A DNA stretch of 64,000 nucleotides from Methylobacter sp. KS41 (GTDB lineage: Bacteria; Pseudomonadota; Gammaproteobacteria; Methylococcales; Methylomonadaceae): the NCBI GenBank assembly GCA_002862125.1, contig PHSP01000004.1, positions 168,935 to 232,934 on the forward strand. Reading direction: 5' to 3'. The translations under genes and the position numbers were made by a program. The notes beneath the pieces were generated by a model. That model had not been told where the DNA came from, did no database searches, and saw only the letters and a list, made by a program, of their open reading frames with translations. This document shows, piece by piece, positions 63,841 to 64,000 of the stretch (its first letter is position 1; each line of letters starts with the position of its first letter).

Positions 63841-64000
63841 CCAGCAACCACTGCAACTCACGCACGCTTAATGATACCGACTGTTGATTCAACCCGCCGG
63901 GCCACTGGAATCTTCCCTTATCCAGACGGCGATAATACAGCCAGAAGCCATTACATTCCCAGTACAGGATTTTCAACTTATCGCGGGCGCGATTCAGGGC
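63841..64000 (-). CDS. tnpB: IS66 TnpB (Orf2), C-terminal part only; the gene continues beyond the window
   Basis: Minus-strand translation ...DKLKILYWECNGFWLYYRRLDKGRFQWPGGLNQQSVSLSVRELQWLLEG* matches the IS66 Orf2 C-terminus. Confidence 0.7.

Larger units (their letters stand above)
60107..64000 (-). mobile_element. IS66-family element (left terminal repeat at ~60107; extends past the window end), carrying a group II intron
   Basis: The IS66-type end GTAAGCGCTTATTTTTCCC lies at 60107. tnpC is 60147..61718. The tnpB C-terminus (...KILYWECNGFWLYYRRLDKGRFQWP...LQWLLEG*) is at 64000..63841. Confidence 0.7.

Noticed and set aside
1-64000. Looked for tRNA/rRNA genes and CRISPR arrays
   Set aside because: No T-loop GGTTCGAATCC-type motifs with acceptor-stem context, no rRNA-like conserved blocks and no regularly spaced direct repeats were seen. 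Absence by eye is not proof; tRNAscan-SE and a CRISPR finder should be run.

Overview
Gammaproteobacterial chromosomal window. Bacteriohemerythrin-type domains and IS types hint at a methanotroph-like host, but that is weakly supported. The first ~50 kb is mostly housekeeping on both strands. It includes a 5'-truncated MscK/KefA-type mechanosensitive channel, flavin reductase, a low-GC acyltransferase-3 gene, mscL and clpB with a textbook sigma-32 promoter. A formyltransferase-crotonase (HypX/HoxX-like) protein fused to a C-terminal hemerythrin domain follows, then a GlxA/AraC regulator, a CYTH-CHAD protein, sixA, and pstS with a Pho box plus long-form pstC/pstA, pstB and phoU. Further along are a MORN-repeat lipoprotein, deaD, a TPM-like / Tim44-like double-zinc-ribbon operon divergent from an SPFH-SHOCT gene, dapA-bamC, purL, GNAT, CBS-GGDEF-EAL, a TSUP permease, an APH-like/P-loop bifunctional kinase and acnA. 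Accessory content includes an IS200/IS605-type element whose tnpA has an in-frame amber stop, and a cluster of small secreted/lipoprotein hypotheticals (49.4-56.2 kb). That cluster ends in the WH+TPR C-terminal half of a STAND NTPase, truncated exactly at an internally deleted IS630-family element. Beyond that lie an IS1595 transposase fragment and an IS66 element that inserted into it and itself carries a ~2-kb group II intron (RT/maturase ORF) in the tnpB-tnpC spacer. I found no rRNA, tRNA or CRISPR array by eye. The most unusual candidates are the HypX-hemerythrin fusion with its two small partners, the split-TPM / Tim44-ZnR / SPFH-SHOCT membrane cluster, and the hypothetical island next to the decapitated STAND gene.
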